This document shows positions 27,566 through 35,936 of a stretch of DNA of 64,000 nucleotides, piece after piece (position 1 is the first letter of the stretch; every line of letters begins with the position of its first letter). The notes below the pieces were generated by a model. It was not told the DNA's origin and made no database searches. It was given only the letters and a program-made list of their open reading frames with translations. The position numbers and the translations under genes were made by a program. The stretch comes from a virus (lineage: Duplodnaviria > Caudoviricetes): the IMG/VR virus record IMGVR_UViG_3300010429_000979, positions 17,314-81,313 of that record. One strand, written 5' to 3'.

Positions 27566-28933
27566 ATGACCTTTGCCGAGAAATTCCCCTATACCGTTGA
27601 ATACCAACTAGATCTACTAAGATTCACTGTGACAAATAGGCTAGGATATAAAGCTTTAGAGTTATACCAACCTGACTACTTCTCACTGCTGGATCACCAC
27701 ATCATTGCTGAAGCACTCAAATCGTTCTATAAAAAGAAAAGGCGGGTCCCTGGTAAGACTCTACTTATAGAAAACCTAACTCAAATATTTAAAACTCCAG
27801 ATTATATCCAATCACTCTTAGAGGATGATCGGAAAAGAATCTTGGGTATCGTAAGAGATCTGTACCATTATCCTTCTGATGATCCGGATGAAGTGATGAT
27901 AAGCTGCAGTAAATTCGCAGCCTATGTGGAGTTAAGGAATACATTGGAAACCATAAACCTAACAGACTTTAATTCCTATGATGGATTTGCAAACAAGGTA
28001 GTAAGGGCTGTTAACATTGGGAACAAAAAGAACGAGGAAGATGGTACATTCTTAATCAAGGATATTAGGGAACGCCAATTAAAACGTCAGGATGATAACC
28101 CAGTAGTTCCAACCCCTTTCTATCAAATCAATTCCTCTACCAATGCAGGAGGGTATATAAGAGGGGGTGTTATCGTAGTCCTTGATATGCCTAAGAAATG
28201 GAAAACGGGTATGATGATTAACCTGTGTAGGGGATACCTTAAGATGAAGAAAAGGATTTTCTATGCCGACCTTGAGAATGGGCAGGATGAATTATCAATA
28301 AGGCTTGAACAATCCATAACAAGAAAAACAAAGAAAGAGATTCTTTCTGGTGAATATGACAAGGACGTTCAAAGGATATTAAGGAAATACAAGAGATTGG
28401 GAGGGGAGGTAGTATTTAAAAGGTTCCCAGCCTATTCAACTACAGCCCACATTGAAGCAGAGATGGAAAGGGCAAAGCGAGATTTCAATATGGATTTTGA
28501 AATCCTAATGATCGACTACCCAGTTCTAATGAATTCCCTTTCAAACAAGGCCGATGATTTCAATAGGATCTCAGATGTATACCTTGATATCTCAAACCTA
28601 GCACTGAAACGTGGAATAGAACATGTCTGGTGTGCAGGACACGTAATCAAGATAGCAGATAAAAGGGAAGCTACAAGGTATGAGGAAAATGACATTGCAA
28701 AATGTATCGATATAGTAAGGCACGTCCAAGCAATATGGGGATTGAACCGGAGCCAGGAAGAGATTGATAATGGTATCATGAGAATGGAATTGGTAGCTCA
28801 ACGAGATGGTCCTCCAGATAGAAGGGCCTTCTTCACAACTCACATTGAACATCAGAGGGTAGATGAGTTATCAAGAGGAGCCCTAAAAGTACTGAGAGAG
28901 GAAATGGAACATAAAAAGGATACAGATGAATAA
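27566..28933 (+). CDS. dnaB: Replicative DnaB-like helicase
   Basis: Degenerate Walker A LDMPKKWKT, FYADLENGQ, Walker B LMIDY, VAQRDG. Confidence 0.8.
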   Translation: MTFAEKFPYTVEYQLDLLRFTVTNRLGYKALELYQPDYFSLLDHHIIAEALKSFYKKKRRVPGKTLLIENLTQIFKTPDYIQSLLEDDRKRILGIVRDLYHYPSDDPDEVMISCSKFAAYVELRNTLETINLTDFNSYDGFANKVVRAVNIGNKKNEEDGTFLIKDIRERQLKRQDDNPVVPTPFYQINSSTNAGGYIRGGVIVVLDMPKKWKTGMMINLCRGYLKMKKRIFYADLENGQDELSIRLEQSITRKTKKEILSGEYDKDVQRILRKYKRLGGEVVFKRFPAYSTTAHIEAEMERAKRDFNMDFEILMIDYPVLMNSLSNKADDFNRISDVYLDISNLALKRGIEHVWCAGHVIKIADKREATRYEENDIAKCIDIVRHVQAIWGLNRSQEEIDNGIMRMELVAQRDGPPDRRAFFTTHIEHQRVDELSRGALKVLREEMEHKKDTDE

Positions 28934-29066
28934 ACTGGATGGTAAGAAACCCCCGATAAGACATTTTTATGGCGATCCAGATACCCCAAGTCTTCCGAAA
29001 GAGGTTTTAAAAGAGATGTGGAAAGCTGCATATCCGAGATTAGGGAAGAAGATTGGTAAAATTATA
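28926..29066 (+). CDS. Small hypothetical protein (46 aa)
   Basis: ATG overlapping the dnaB end; fills the gap before the primase; below the ORF-track cutoff. Confidence 0.4.
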
Positions 29067-29091
29067 ATCATGGGTACAGGAGGGGAAATCA

Positions 29092-30063
29092 ATGAGTAGT
29101 TTTAATAAGGACATAACAGACAGGCTTTATAACTATTTCCAACAGAGGATGGGGTTCTATGATTATAGGAATGGTTGGATGAAAGGGGATTGTCCGATCT
29201 GTGGGAAGGAAGATAAGTTTGGTATCCATTTAGGGAATAACTCTACCAACTGTTTCGTTTGTGGTTCTAGGCCAAGTATCTTAAAGATAGTTGCCGACAA
29301 TGAATCTCTAACACATTACAGGGATATCATGATATTCCTTAAGGCCTATGAGGGTAGCGAATACTTTTATAAGCAGGTAGAAATAACATTACCTAGCTCT
29401 GTTGAGTTACCTGATGGCTTCAAGTTAATCACAGATGATTCCTGTTATCTGGGAAAGCTGGCAAATAAAATGGTCAGAAGAAGAGGGTTCAAACCTAAGG
29501 ACTTAGCATTAAAAGGATTCGGTTATTGTACTGAAGGAAAATATCTTGGGTATCTGATTATGCCTTTCTACCATAACGGGAAACTGGTTTACTTTCATGC
29601 CCGTAGGGTCATAGATCATGGTCCAAAGTTTAACAACCCTGAACGAGAAGAGGTAGGTATCGGTAAATCAATGGCCCTTTATAACTTGGATAGCCTTTAT
29701 ATCTATGACTCGATTTATATGGTAGAGTCAGTAATGAATGCCGAGACTCTCGGTGATCAGGGGGTTGCAGGGGGAGGTAAGCTTTGGTCTGACTACCAGC
29801 TTTCATTGGTGATGAGGTCAAATGTTCAAGAAGTTATAATCATTATGGACCCAGATGCTGTGAAGGAGTCGCTGAGGTATTGCTTTTATTTTATAGGGCA
29901 TAAGGAAATAAAGAATATCATATTACCGGAAGGCAATGATGTAAATGATATGGGTAAAGATTATGTCATTGACCTGGTTAATAAAACTGAATACCTGAAC
30001 TACACATCACTAATGAAAATGAAACTGAATGAGGGATCCCAGCATACATATCACCAAGTCTAG
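29092..30063 (+). CDS. dnaG: DNA primase (Zn finger plus TOPRIM)
   Basis: CPICG...CFVC zinc finger; VESVMNA, MDPDA and DVND TOPRIM motifs. Confidence 0.88.
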   Translation: MSSFNKDITDRLYNYFQQRMGFYDYRNGWMKGDCPICGKEDKFGIHLGNNSTNCFVCGSRPSILKIVADNESLTHYRDIMIFLKAYEGSEYFYKQVEITLPSSVELPDGFKLITDDSCYLGKLANKMVRRRGFKPKDLALKGFGYCTEGKYLGYLIMPFYHNGKLVYFHARRVIDHGPKFNNPEREEVGIGKSMALYNLDSLYIYDSIYMVESVMNAETLGDQGVAGGGKLWSDYQLSLVMRSNVQEVIIIMDPDAVKESLRYCFYFIGHKEIKNIILPEGNDVNDMGKDYVIDLVNKTEYLNYTSLMKMKLNEGSQHTYHQV

Positions 30064-30880
30064 GTTTAAGCTTATCCTTGATAATCTTCTTCCATCGAAT
30101 TTCTCAGAGAAACAGGTGAATGATATAACTAAGGATTTCTTCAGGCTTGCTGCACAACATAACCTATCACAAAGATCATTACTATTAAAACAATCAGATT
30201 ATGAGAAGAAGGCCAGTCGAGTACTCAGTGCTAATATCGAGGATGCTGACCTCTTTGCCTCCATTCTTACGCTTATCAGAAGAAGGAAAAAGCACAAAGG
30301 TATCACTCAGATCTCAAAAACCTCCAAAGAATGGTTAACCCTAAAACAGATCGTAGCCAATGCTAATAATTTCTATACCGATTTTCCTTTCGAAACTAAG
30401 AAGGAAGCCTATCGAGATTACATCGAAATGGGGATGGATCGCATGTCCAAATATGCCCTCTTCAAATTCCTCGGAATGCATGAGAATATATGTGCAACCT
30501 ACGAAGCTGTTACACTATCAAAAGATGACCTTTCACCGGCTGAAACTAAGAGGATTCACGATTATTATTGCGGAAAAATTCTCGAGAGGACCGGAATACT
30601 TTCTAACTATAGTAACGATCCGACTAAGTACGTTTACTTTTTCCACGCTAAGGTTGCTGCTAAAAAACTGCGAATCGATTGGAAAGTGTATATCGATGCT
30701 CAATTCCACGGTTTTGAATGGAGAAGTACGATTCCAGACCCTATACAACTTGACGGTGACAAGGCAAGGCAAAGGGCAATAAAGTATATGTATGAAAAGA
30801 ATATCACTGTCAAGTCTCAGGAAACAATTGACTGGGCTAAAATAAAAAATTCGAATGGTTCGGATCCTGATACAGAATAG
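30029..30880 (+). CDS. Hypothetical protein in replication module
   Basis: 283-aa ORF coupled to both neighbours. Confidence 0.6.
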   Translation: MRDPSIHITKSRFKLILDNLLPSNFSEKQVNDITKDFFRLAAQHNLSQRSLLLKQSDYEKKASRVLSANIEDADLFASILTLIRRRKKHKGITQISKTSKEWLTLKQIVANANNFYTDFPFETKKEAYRDYIEMGMDRMSKYALFKFLGMHENICATYEAVTLSKDDLSPAETKRIHDYYCGKILERTGILSNYSNDPTKYVYFFHAKVAAKKLRIDWKVYIDAQFHGFEWRSTIPDPIQLDGDKARQRAIKYMYEKNITVKSQETIDWAKIKNSNGSDPDTE

Positions 30881-32330
30881 TAAATCCCGTATATCGGGGA
30901 GTCTCTCTGACATAACTAAGCTAAGGGGTATCATGTCTATCAGACATCCTAAAGCCTTTTATGTCAGGCAGAAGATGAAGAACAGTTATAGCTGGGATGG
31001 TACGATTAAATACATTACAGAGGCTGGCTATCTTAAGACCGGACACTTACCGTGGTTAGTTAACATCCTAAAGAAGGAAGAGATTGAATTTGAACTGGTA
31101 GACCAGAGATCTCATCTCAGGTATGAGCCTTTCGAGATTGAGGATTTAGATGTCGAGGTTCGAGAATACCAAACAGAAGCAGTGGATAAGGTATTGGAAA
31201 ATACCATAGAAGGTATACCATTTCAAAGAGGGATCATCAATGCTGCCACCAATGCGGGTAAGACCATGATGATGATCAAGATCTTTAAGTCATTCCCAGA
31301 TGCAAATGGTATCATCCTTATCAATGAATCAACCCTTTACAACCAGTTCCTAAAGGATATGCCCAAGTACTTCGAAGAAGATGAATGGGGTTACATGCAG
31401 GGTAAGAATCTGAAATGGGGAAAGATCATGGTAGCAATGGTACAAACTTTAGTTAGAAATATCAATAAGTTTCAATCAAAACTTTCTAGTATCGATATCA
31501 TATTCATTGACGAATGCGACTTATCCACATCCAAAACCTATAAAACGATACTGAACCATATCTATAATGCTACGATCAGGGTTGGTTTATCTGGGTCAGT
31601 CTTCCTTACGAAACTAAAGAGGGATGATATGAAAAATAACGAGGTAAAGGAATACCTCGGAGAGGAGTTATTTAAAATCAAAAACATACAGCTTATGGAA
31701 ATGGGTTACTCTACTCCAGTAGTAGTCAAAATCATAGAGGGGAATACAAAATTTCCAACCTCTCTTAATTATCCTGAAGTTTATCGAGAATGCATAACAC
31801 TTAACACTGACCGTACTAGGAAAGCAGTTGAGAGGGTTAAGTTTAACCTTGAAAGGGGAAGGAAACCTTTGATAGTGGTTTGCCAATACATTGAGCATGT
31901 CGAGGTTATGTATGCTGCTATGAGAGGAGCTTTCGGATTAAGGCACAATGTATCTTATGCACACCACGAAACTAAGGATAGGTTAGAGATCTTCGATGAC
32001 TTCAGGGTTGGTAAGATTGACATCTTGGTTGTGTCTCAGATTGTCAGGAGGGGTAAGAATTTTCCCTTAATCAAATACATCCTCAATGCAGGAGGGGGAG
32101 ACTCATCTGCTAACGTCCTGCAGATTGTTGGTAGGGGTGTTAGGAAACATGAGTCAAAGAGTAAGGTTTGGGTTGAAGACTTCTGGGATATGGGAAAATA
32201 TATACAGGACCATTCCAAGCACAGAGTCCTAACATACAAGCAAGAGGGATTTAAAATAATTTCTTTATTGACTGGTGATACTATTATTAAGAAAAAGAAA
32301 ACCAATGGCAAAAGAGGAAAGAAAGCCTAG
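30855..32330 (+). CDS. SF2 helicase (UvsW-like)
   Basis: AATNAGKT, IFIDECD, GLSGS and QIVGRGVR motifs. Confidence 0.9.
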   Translation: MVRILIQNSKSRISGSLSDITKLRGIMSIRHPKAFYVRQKMKNSYSWDGTIKYITEAGYLKTGHLPWLVNILKKEEIEFELVDQRSHLRYEPFEIEDLDVEVREYQTEAVDKVLENTIEGIPFQRGIINAATNAGKTMMMIKIFKSFPDANGIILINESTLYNQFLKDMPKYFEEDEWGYMQGKNLKWGKIMVAMVQTLVRNINKFQSKLSSIDIIFIDECDLSTSKTYKTILNHIYNATIRVGLSGSVFLTKLKRDDMKNNEVKEYLGEELFKIKNIQLMEMGYSTPVVVKIIEGNTKFPTSLNYPEVYRECITLNTDRTRKAVERVKFNLERGRKPLIVVCQYIEHVEVMYAAMRGAFGLRHNVSYAHHETKDRLEIFDDFRVGKIDILVVSQIVRRGKNFPLIKYILNAGGGDSSANVLQIVGRGVRKHESKSKVWVEDFWDMGKYIQDHSKHRVLTYKQEGFKIISLLTGDTIIKKKKTNGKRGKKA

Positions 32331-32694
32331 AGACACTGATGAATTTGAGGAAGAGGGTTTACTCTTAACCCCATTCGATGTTCGTCAATTAGGTACTGAT
32401 GATGATCCTTGCTTCGGAAAACTCTATGACCTTAAAGCAGAGGAATGTAAAGTCTGCGGTGATATTGAAGTCTGTGCAATAGCATTCTCACAAAAGCTAA
32501 CCCTGAAAAGGTTAGAGATTGAATCAGAAGGAAGCTTCAAGGATTTGGATGAAGCTAAGTTTCGTAGTGGGGATAATGGGGTTAAGCAATTCGTGGTAGG
32601 AGAGATTATTAAGGGAACTCCGAAGATCATTATCATCCGTGAAGGTATGAAAAAATTCAATGTAAGTCGTGAAATAATTAAACAAAACTTTTAA
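32305..32694 (+). CDS. Hypothetical Cys-cluster protein
   Basis: PCFGKLYD...ECKVCGDIEVC; ATG at 32305 preferred over the track start. Confidence 0.55.
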   Translation: MAKEERKPRDTDEFEEEGLLLTPFDVRQLGTDDDPCFGKLYDLKAEECKVCGDIEVCAIAFSQKLTLKRLEIESEGSFKDLDEAKFRSGDNGVKQFVVGEIIKGTPKIIIIREGMKKFNVSREIIKQNF

Positions 32695-32696
32695 TC

Positions 32697-33167
32697 GTGG
32701 AACTGAGATCAATTAAGGTACACAGTGGATATTTTATATCTGACGAGGGTGATGTATATCATAATGGCAAAAAGAAAAATAAGTATATCAATCCTCGTAA
32801 TGGTTATTACAGGTTAATGATACAGGGCAAAAACTATCGGTTATGTCAATTAGTGGCTAGGCGCTTTGTTGAAAATCCCAGTAATAAACCCAACATCAAC
32901 CATAAAGATGGGAACAAGTTAAATGACAAAGCCGGGAACCTTGAATGGGTTACTCAGCAGGAAAACATTGATCATGCTATCTCAATGGGCCTTGAAAATT
33001 TCAAGGGCATTAATAACCCAATGGGAAAGTATACGAAGGAGGATGTAGAAAAGATGAGATCAATGAAAAAGCTTGGCTTTACCCAACGCAGAATAGCAAA
33101 AGAATTCGGCTCAACTCAAGGGTATATTTCTCAAGTACTGAGCGGGAAAAAACAAATATATGTTTAA
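32697..33167 (+). mobile_element. Free-standing HNH homing endonuclease (HNH_3 plus C-terminal HTH)
   Basis: INHKDGNKLNDKAGNLEWVTQQENIDHA; C-terminal TQRRIAKEFGSTQGYISQV HTH. Confidence 0.88.
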
Positions 33168-33190
33168 TTTAATAAGAAAGGAGTACCATT

Positions 33191-33988
33191 ACGGACATTC
33201 GCGACATTAAAGAAGTAGTACCATGTCCCTGTGGGACAGGATTAGAGCAGATGTGGGATCTGCAAATGGAATTGGTAAACCATTACATCGAGATTGAGAA
33301 AGTCCCACCTCCAGTATGGGAATTGGATGTGAAGGAACATCAGATAAACGTCAAGGATTTCCTTGCACGGGTAACTGAAGAACTCGGAGAAGGGTTTGAA
33401 TCGTATGAGATCATGTATGAGAATCGTGCAGAACCCCATTTCGATAACATCCCGTATCTTCAGAACCTTAACGAAGAGATCTCAGATGCTTTGCACTTCC
33501 TCATCGAGGCTTCAATCTTTACTGGAGTAACCATTGAGAACATCCTTCACGGGTTTAGGAGACATGCCCTAAATGATTTAGAATGGGCAAGGAAGGACCT
33601 ATTAACCTATTTCCTATTGATTTCAAGAAGGTTAAATGAGTACTCAATCTCATCATTCATTGGTAAGATGATCGCTATACCAGAGAATGAAGATCTTGCA
33701 TTCCTTCAAGGTGGTAGGCATATCTCCAAAAAAGGTTTGGATGAATTGGCAGTCAGGATGTGGGATGTAACATTCTCAATCCAGTTAGCCAGGAATTCTC
33801 TGAAGAACAAACCTTGGAAGCAAACCAACATGAGAACTGATGAGAACCAATTCAAACACCACATGGTTCAGGCCTGGATTAAAATGTTCAGGTTACTGGA
33901 ATATATGGGATATAATGAGGAGGGTATCTTCACAATCTATTTCAAGAAAAATCGGGTTAACTTATTCCGTATCAAATCAAAATACTAA
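33191..33988 (+). CDS. Dimeric all-alpha dUTPase/dCTPase (T4 gp56/MazG-like); probable non-AUG start at 33191 (first ATG 33251)
   Basis: EELGEGFES, EEISDALHF, KNKPWKQT and KKNRVNLFR motifs; the frame is open upstream and reads (M)DIRDIKE from ACG. Confidence 0.8.
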   Translation, partial: TDIRDIKEVVPCPCGTGLEQMWDLQMELVNHYIEIEKVPPPVWELDVKEHQINVKDFLARVTEELGEGFESYEIMYENRAEPHFDNIPYLQNLNEEISDALHFLIEASIFTGVTIENILHGFRRHALNDLEWARKDLLTYFLLISRRLNEYSISSFIGKMIAIPENEDLAFLQGGRHISKKGLDELAVRMWDVTFSIQLARNSLKNKPWKQTNMRTDENQFKHHMVQAWIKMFRLLEYMGYNEEGIFTIYFKKNRVNLFRIKSKY

Positions 33989-34752
33989 TGAGAGTAAAGG
34001 TATTAGAATATGGCTCTAGCCAGGAGGCCTGGGAAGGCATCAATGAATACTTCCTTACAGAGGAAGAGACTATCCTTAAGTATGGTGGTAAAAGGCCAGG
34101 GTCACAACTCATTGCCTATGACACATTAGTAAGGATCAGAAACTCTTGGGTTGATCCTAAGTTTGATTTCGGGAAGATGTTCAATTACCATCCTCACAAA
34201 TGGAACAGGCTCATCTCCAACTATATGGATATGAATGTGTTGGATCTGGTAAAGGCAGAGGTCCAAAGCAGAGAGAGGAAGAAGTCATCATCATACAATG
34301 TTGCATTCCTATTCAGTAATGCTCACGCCTCTGGTAAGGGGTGTCTGTTATCCTGTACCTTTACACGCAGGTCTGGGGAACCAAATCCAATCCTAATTAT
34401 TAACCTTAGGTCATCAGAGATTGTTAAGAGACTTATCTTTGACTTCTTGTTAATACAAAGGATTGGAGAATATGTATATGGTGATCGTAACATATCTCTT
34501 CAGATCTTTTTCCCAAACATGTATACCAACTCAGAGACCTCTATCATGTATGATATCCATAAGCCAATCCTAAAGTTGGAAGGGTTTACTGGTGAGTTAC
34601 CATTTCAGAAGTCAGTCATTGATAAGATGGAGGAATTCAAACTCATTGACCCTGAGAAAATCAAATACGGTATCCATCGTAGGGCAGCTAGGGTTATACA
34701 GGGTACGGGGAAAGCTCCTGCGTTACTAGCGGAGATGTGCAACCTCAAGTGA
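33988..34752 (+). CDS. Divergent thymidylate-synthase-fold protein
   Basis: GCLLSCTF...NLRSSEIVKRLIFD aligns to the TS C...RSxD...N/D core. Confidence 0.65.
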   Translation: MRVKVLEYGSSQEAWEGINEYFLTEEETILKYGGKRPGSQLIAYDTLVRIRNSWVDPKFDFGKMFNYHPHKWNRLISNYMDMNVLDLVKAEVQSRERKKSSSYNVAFLFSNAHASGKGCLLSCTFTRRSGEPNPILIINLRSSEIVKRLIFDFLLIQRIGEYVYGDRNISLQIFFPNMYTNSETSIMYDIHKPILKLEGFTGELPFQKSVIDKMEEFKLIDPEKIKYGIHRRAARVIQGTGKAPALLAEMCNLK

Positions 34753-34785
34753 TAAGGATTTACTATTAATATAAAAATAATAACT

Positions 34786-35499
34786 ATGAGAATTTATGCC
34801 ACACCCTATGAACTCATGTCAGAAATCATGAGGGAGGTATGGGAAATGGGGGAAATCGTCCATCCGGCTTCAATGCAAAACAAGGATGTAAGGGACAATG
34901 ATGACTACATTACCAAGGAAATACTCAACTATTCCTACTGCCTTAAATCCTTAACTCCAGAGAATGATGAACCCTTATTCATTTTCTCTAATGCCAAGGA
35001 TTGGGCTGCTCGGGAATTGCTTGAAAGGGTATCTGGTAGGCCACTTAATCCTGGACATGCTTGGGAATTACGGAAAGAAGTATGGACTGAGTTCCTTAAC
35101 AAGGAGGGTAAGTTTGATTATACCTATCCTGAAAGGATTCACATCTACCTTGAGCCTATCATCAATGAGTTAAAACGTAACCCAGATTCAAGGCAATGCG
35201 TTCTCTCAATCTGGGACAGGCAAAAAGATATCAGATTCTTGGGTGGTAAACGCAGGATTCCTTGCTCAGTCTACTATCAATTCCTATTAAGGAATGGGAA
35301 ACTGCACATCATTTACAACCAACGTTCTGCTGATGTAGTAACCCATTTCGGTAATGACGTATGGCTTGCTTGGATGCTAAAGGAATCAGTAGCCTTCACA
35401 ATCGGAGTTCCTGGTGGTGATCTATTCCATAACATTGCCTCACTCCACAGCTACAAAAAGGATTGGGAAACACTTAAACAAGGAATATCTAAACGATGA
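34786..35499 (+). CDS. Thymidylate-synthase-family enzyme, dCMP hydroxymethylase-like
   Basis: PDSRQ, IPCSVYYQF, QRSADVVTHFGND and SLHSY; Asp at the specificity position as in T4 gp42 RSNDVVFGFRND. Confidence 0.85.
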   Translation: MRIYATPYELMSEIMREVWEMGEIVHPASMQNKDVRDNDDYITKEILNYSYCLKSLTPENDEPLFIFSNAKDWAARELLERVSGRPLNPGHAWELRKEVWTEFLNKEGKFDYTYPERIHIYLEPIINELKRNPDSRQCVLSIWDRQKDIRFLGGKRRIPCSVYYQFLLRNGKLHIIYNQRSADVVTHFGNDVWLAWMLKESVAFTIGVPGGDLFHNIASLHSYKKDWETLKQGISKR

Positions 35500-35936
35500 A
35501 AAGGATTTCTAGGGATGAACTTGCAATTTCCATTGCCAGGCTTTTTGCAAAAAGAGGAACATGTGGTCGACGCCAAGTCGGATGCTGCCTAACCATTGAC
35601 GGTAGGGTTATTGCTTCTGGTTACAATGGTACGCTTCCAGGGTCTCACCACTGTTCCCTCCTAGAACCTAAATCAGAACGAACATGCGATCCAACACTCC
35701 ACTGTACAGATGCAGTTCATGCTGAGGCTAATATGATCGCTTACTGTGCAAAACACGGGATAGCAACAAAGGATTCTATCCTTTACACTACCAGTTTCCC
35801 ATGTAAGAAATGCGCAGAGTTGGTAATCCAAGCAGGTATCATAACAGTATATTATGACAGGGGGTATCATAAGGAATTAGATGATGAAGTGAAACAGATG
35901 TTTCTTAATGCAAAGGTAGACTTCCACGAGATATGA
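35496..35936 (+). CDS. dCMP deaminase
   Basis: SGYNG, HAEAN and PCKKC zinc motifs. Confidence 0.92.
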   Translation: MKRISRDELAISIARLFAKRGTCGRRQVGCCLTIDGRVIASGYNGTLPGSHHCSLLEPKSERTCDPTLHCTDAVHAEANMIAYCAKHGIATKDSILYTTSFPCKKCAELVIQAGIITVYYDRGYHKELDDEVKQMFLNAKVDFHEI

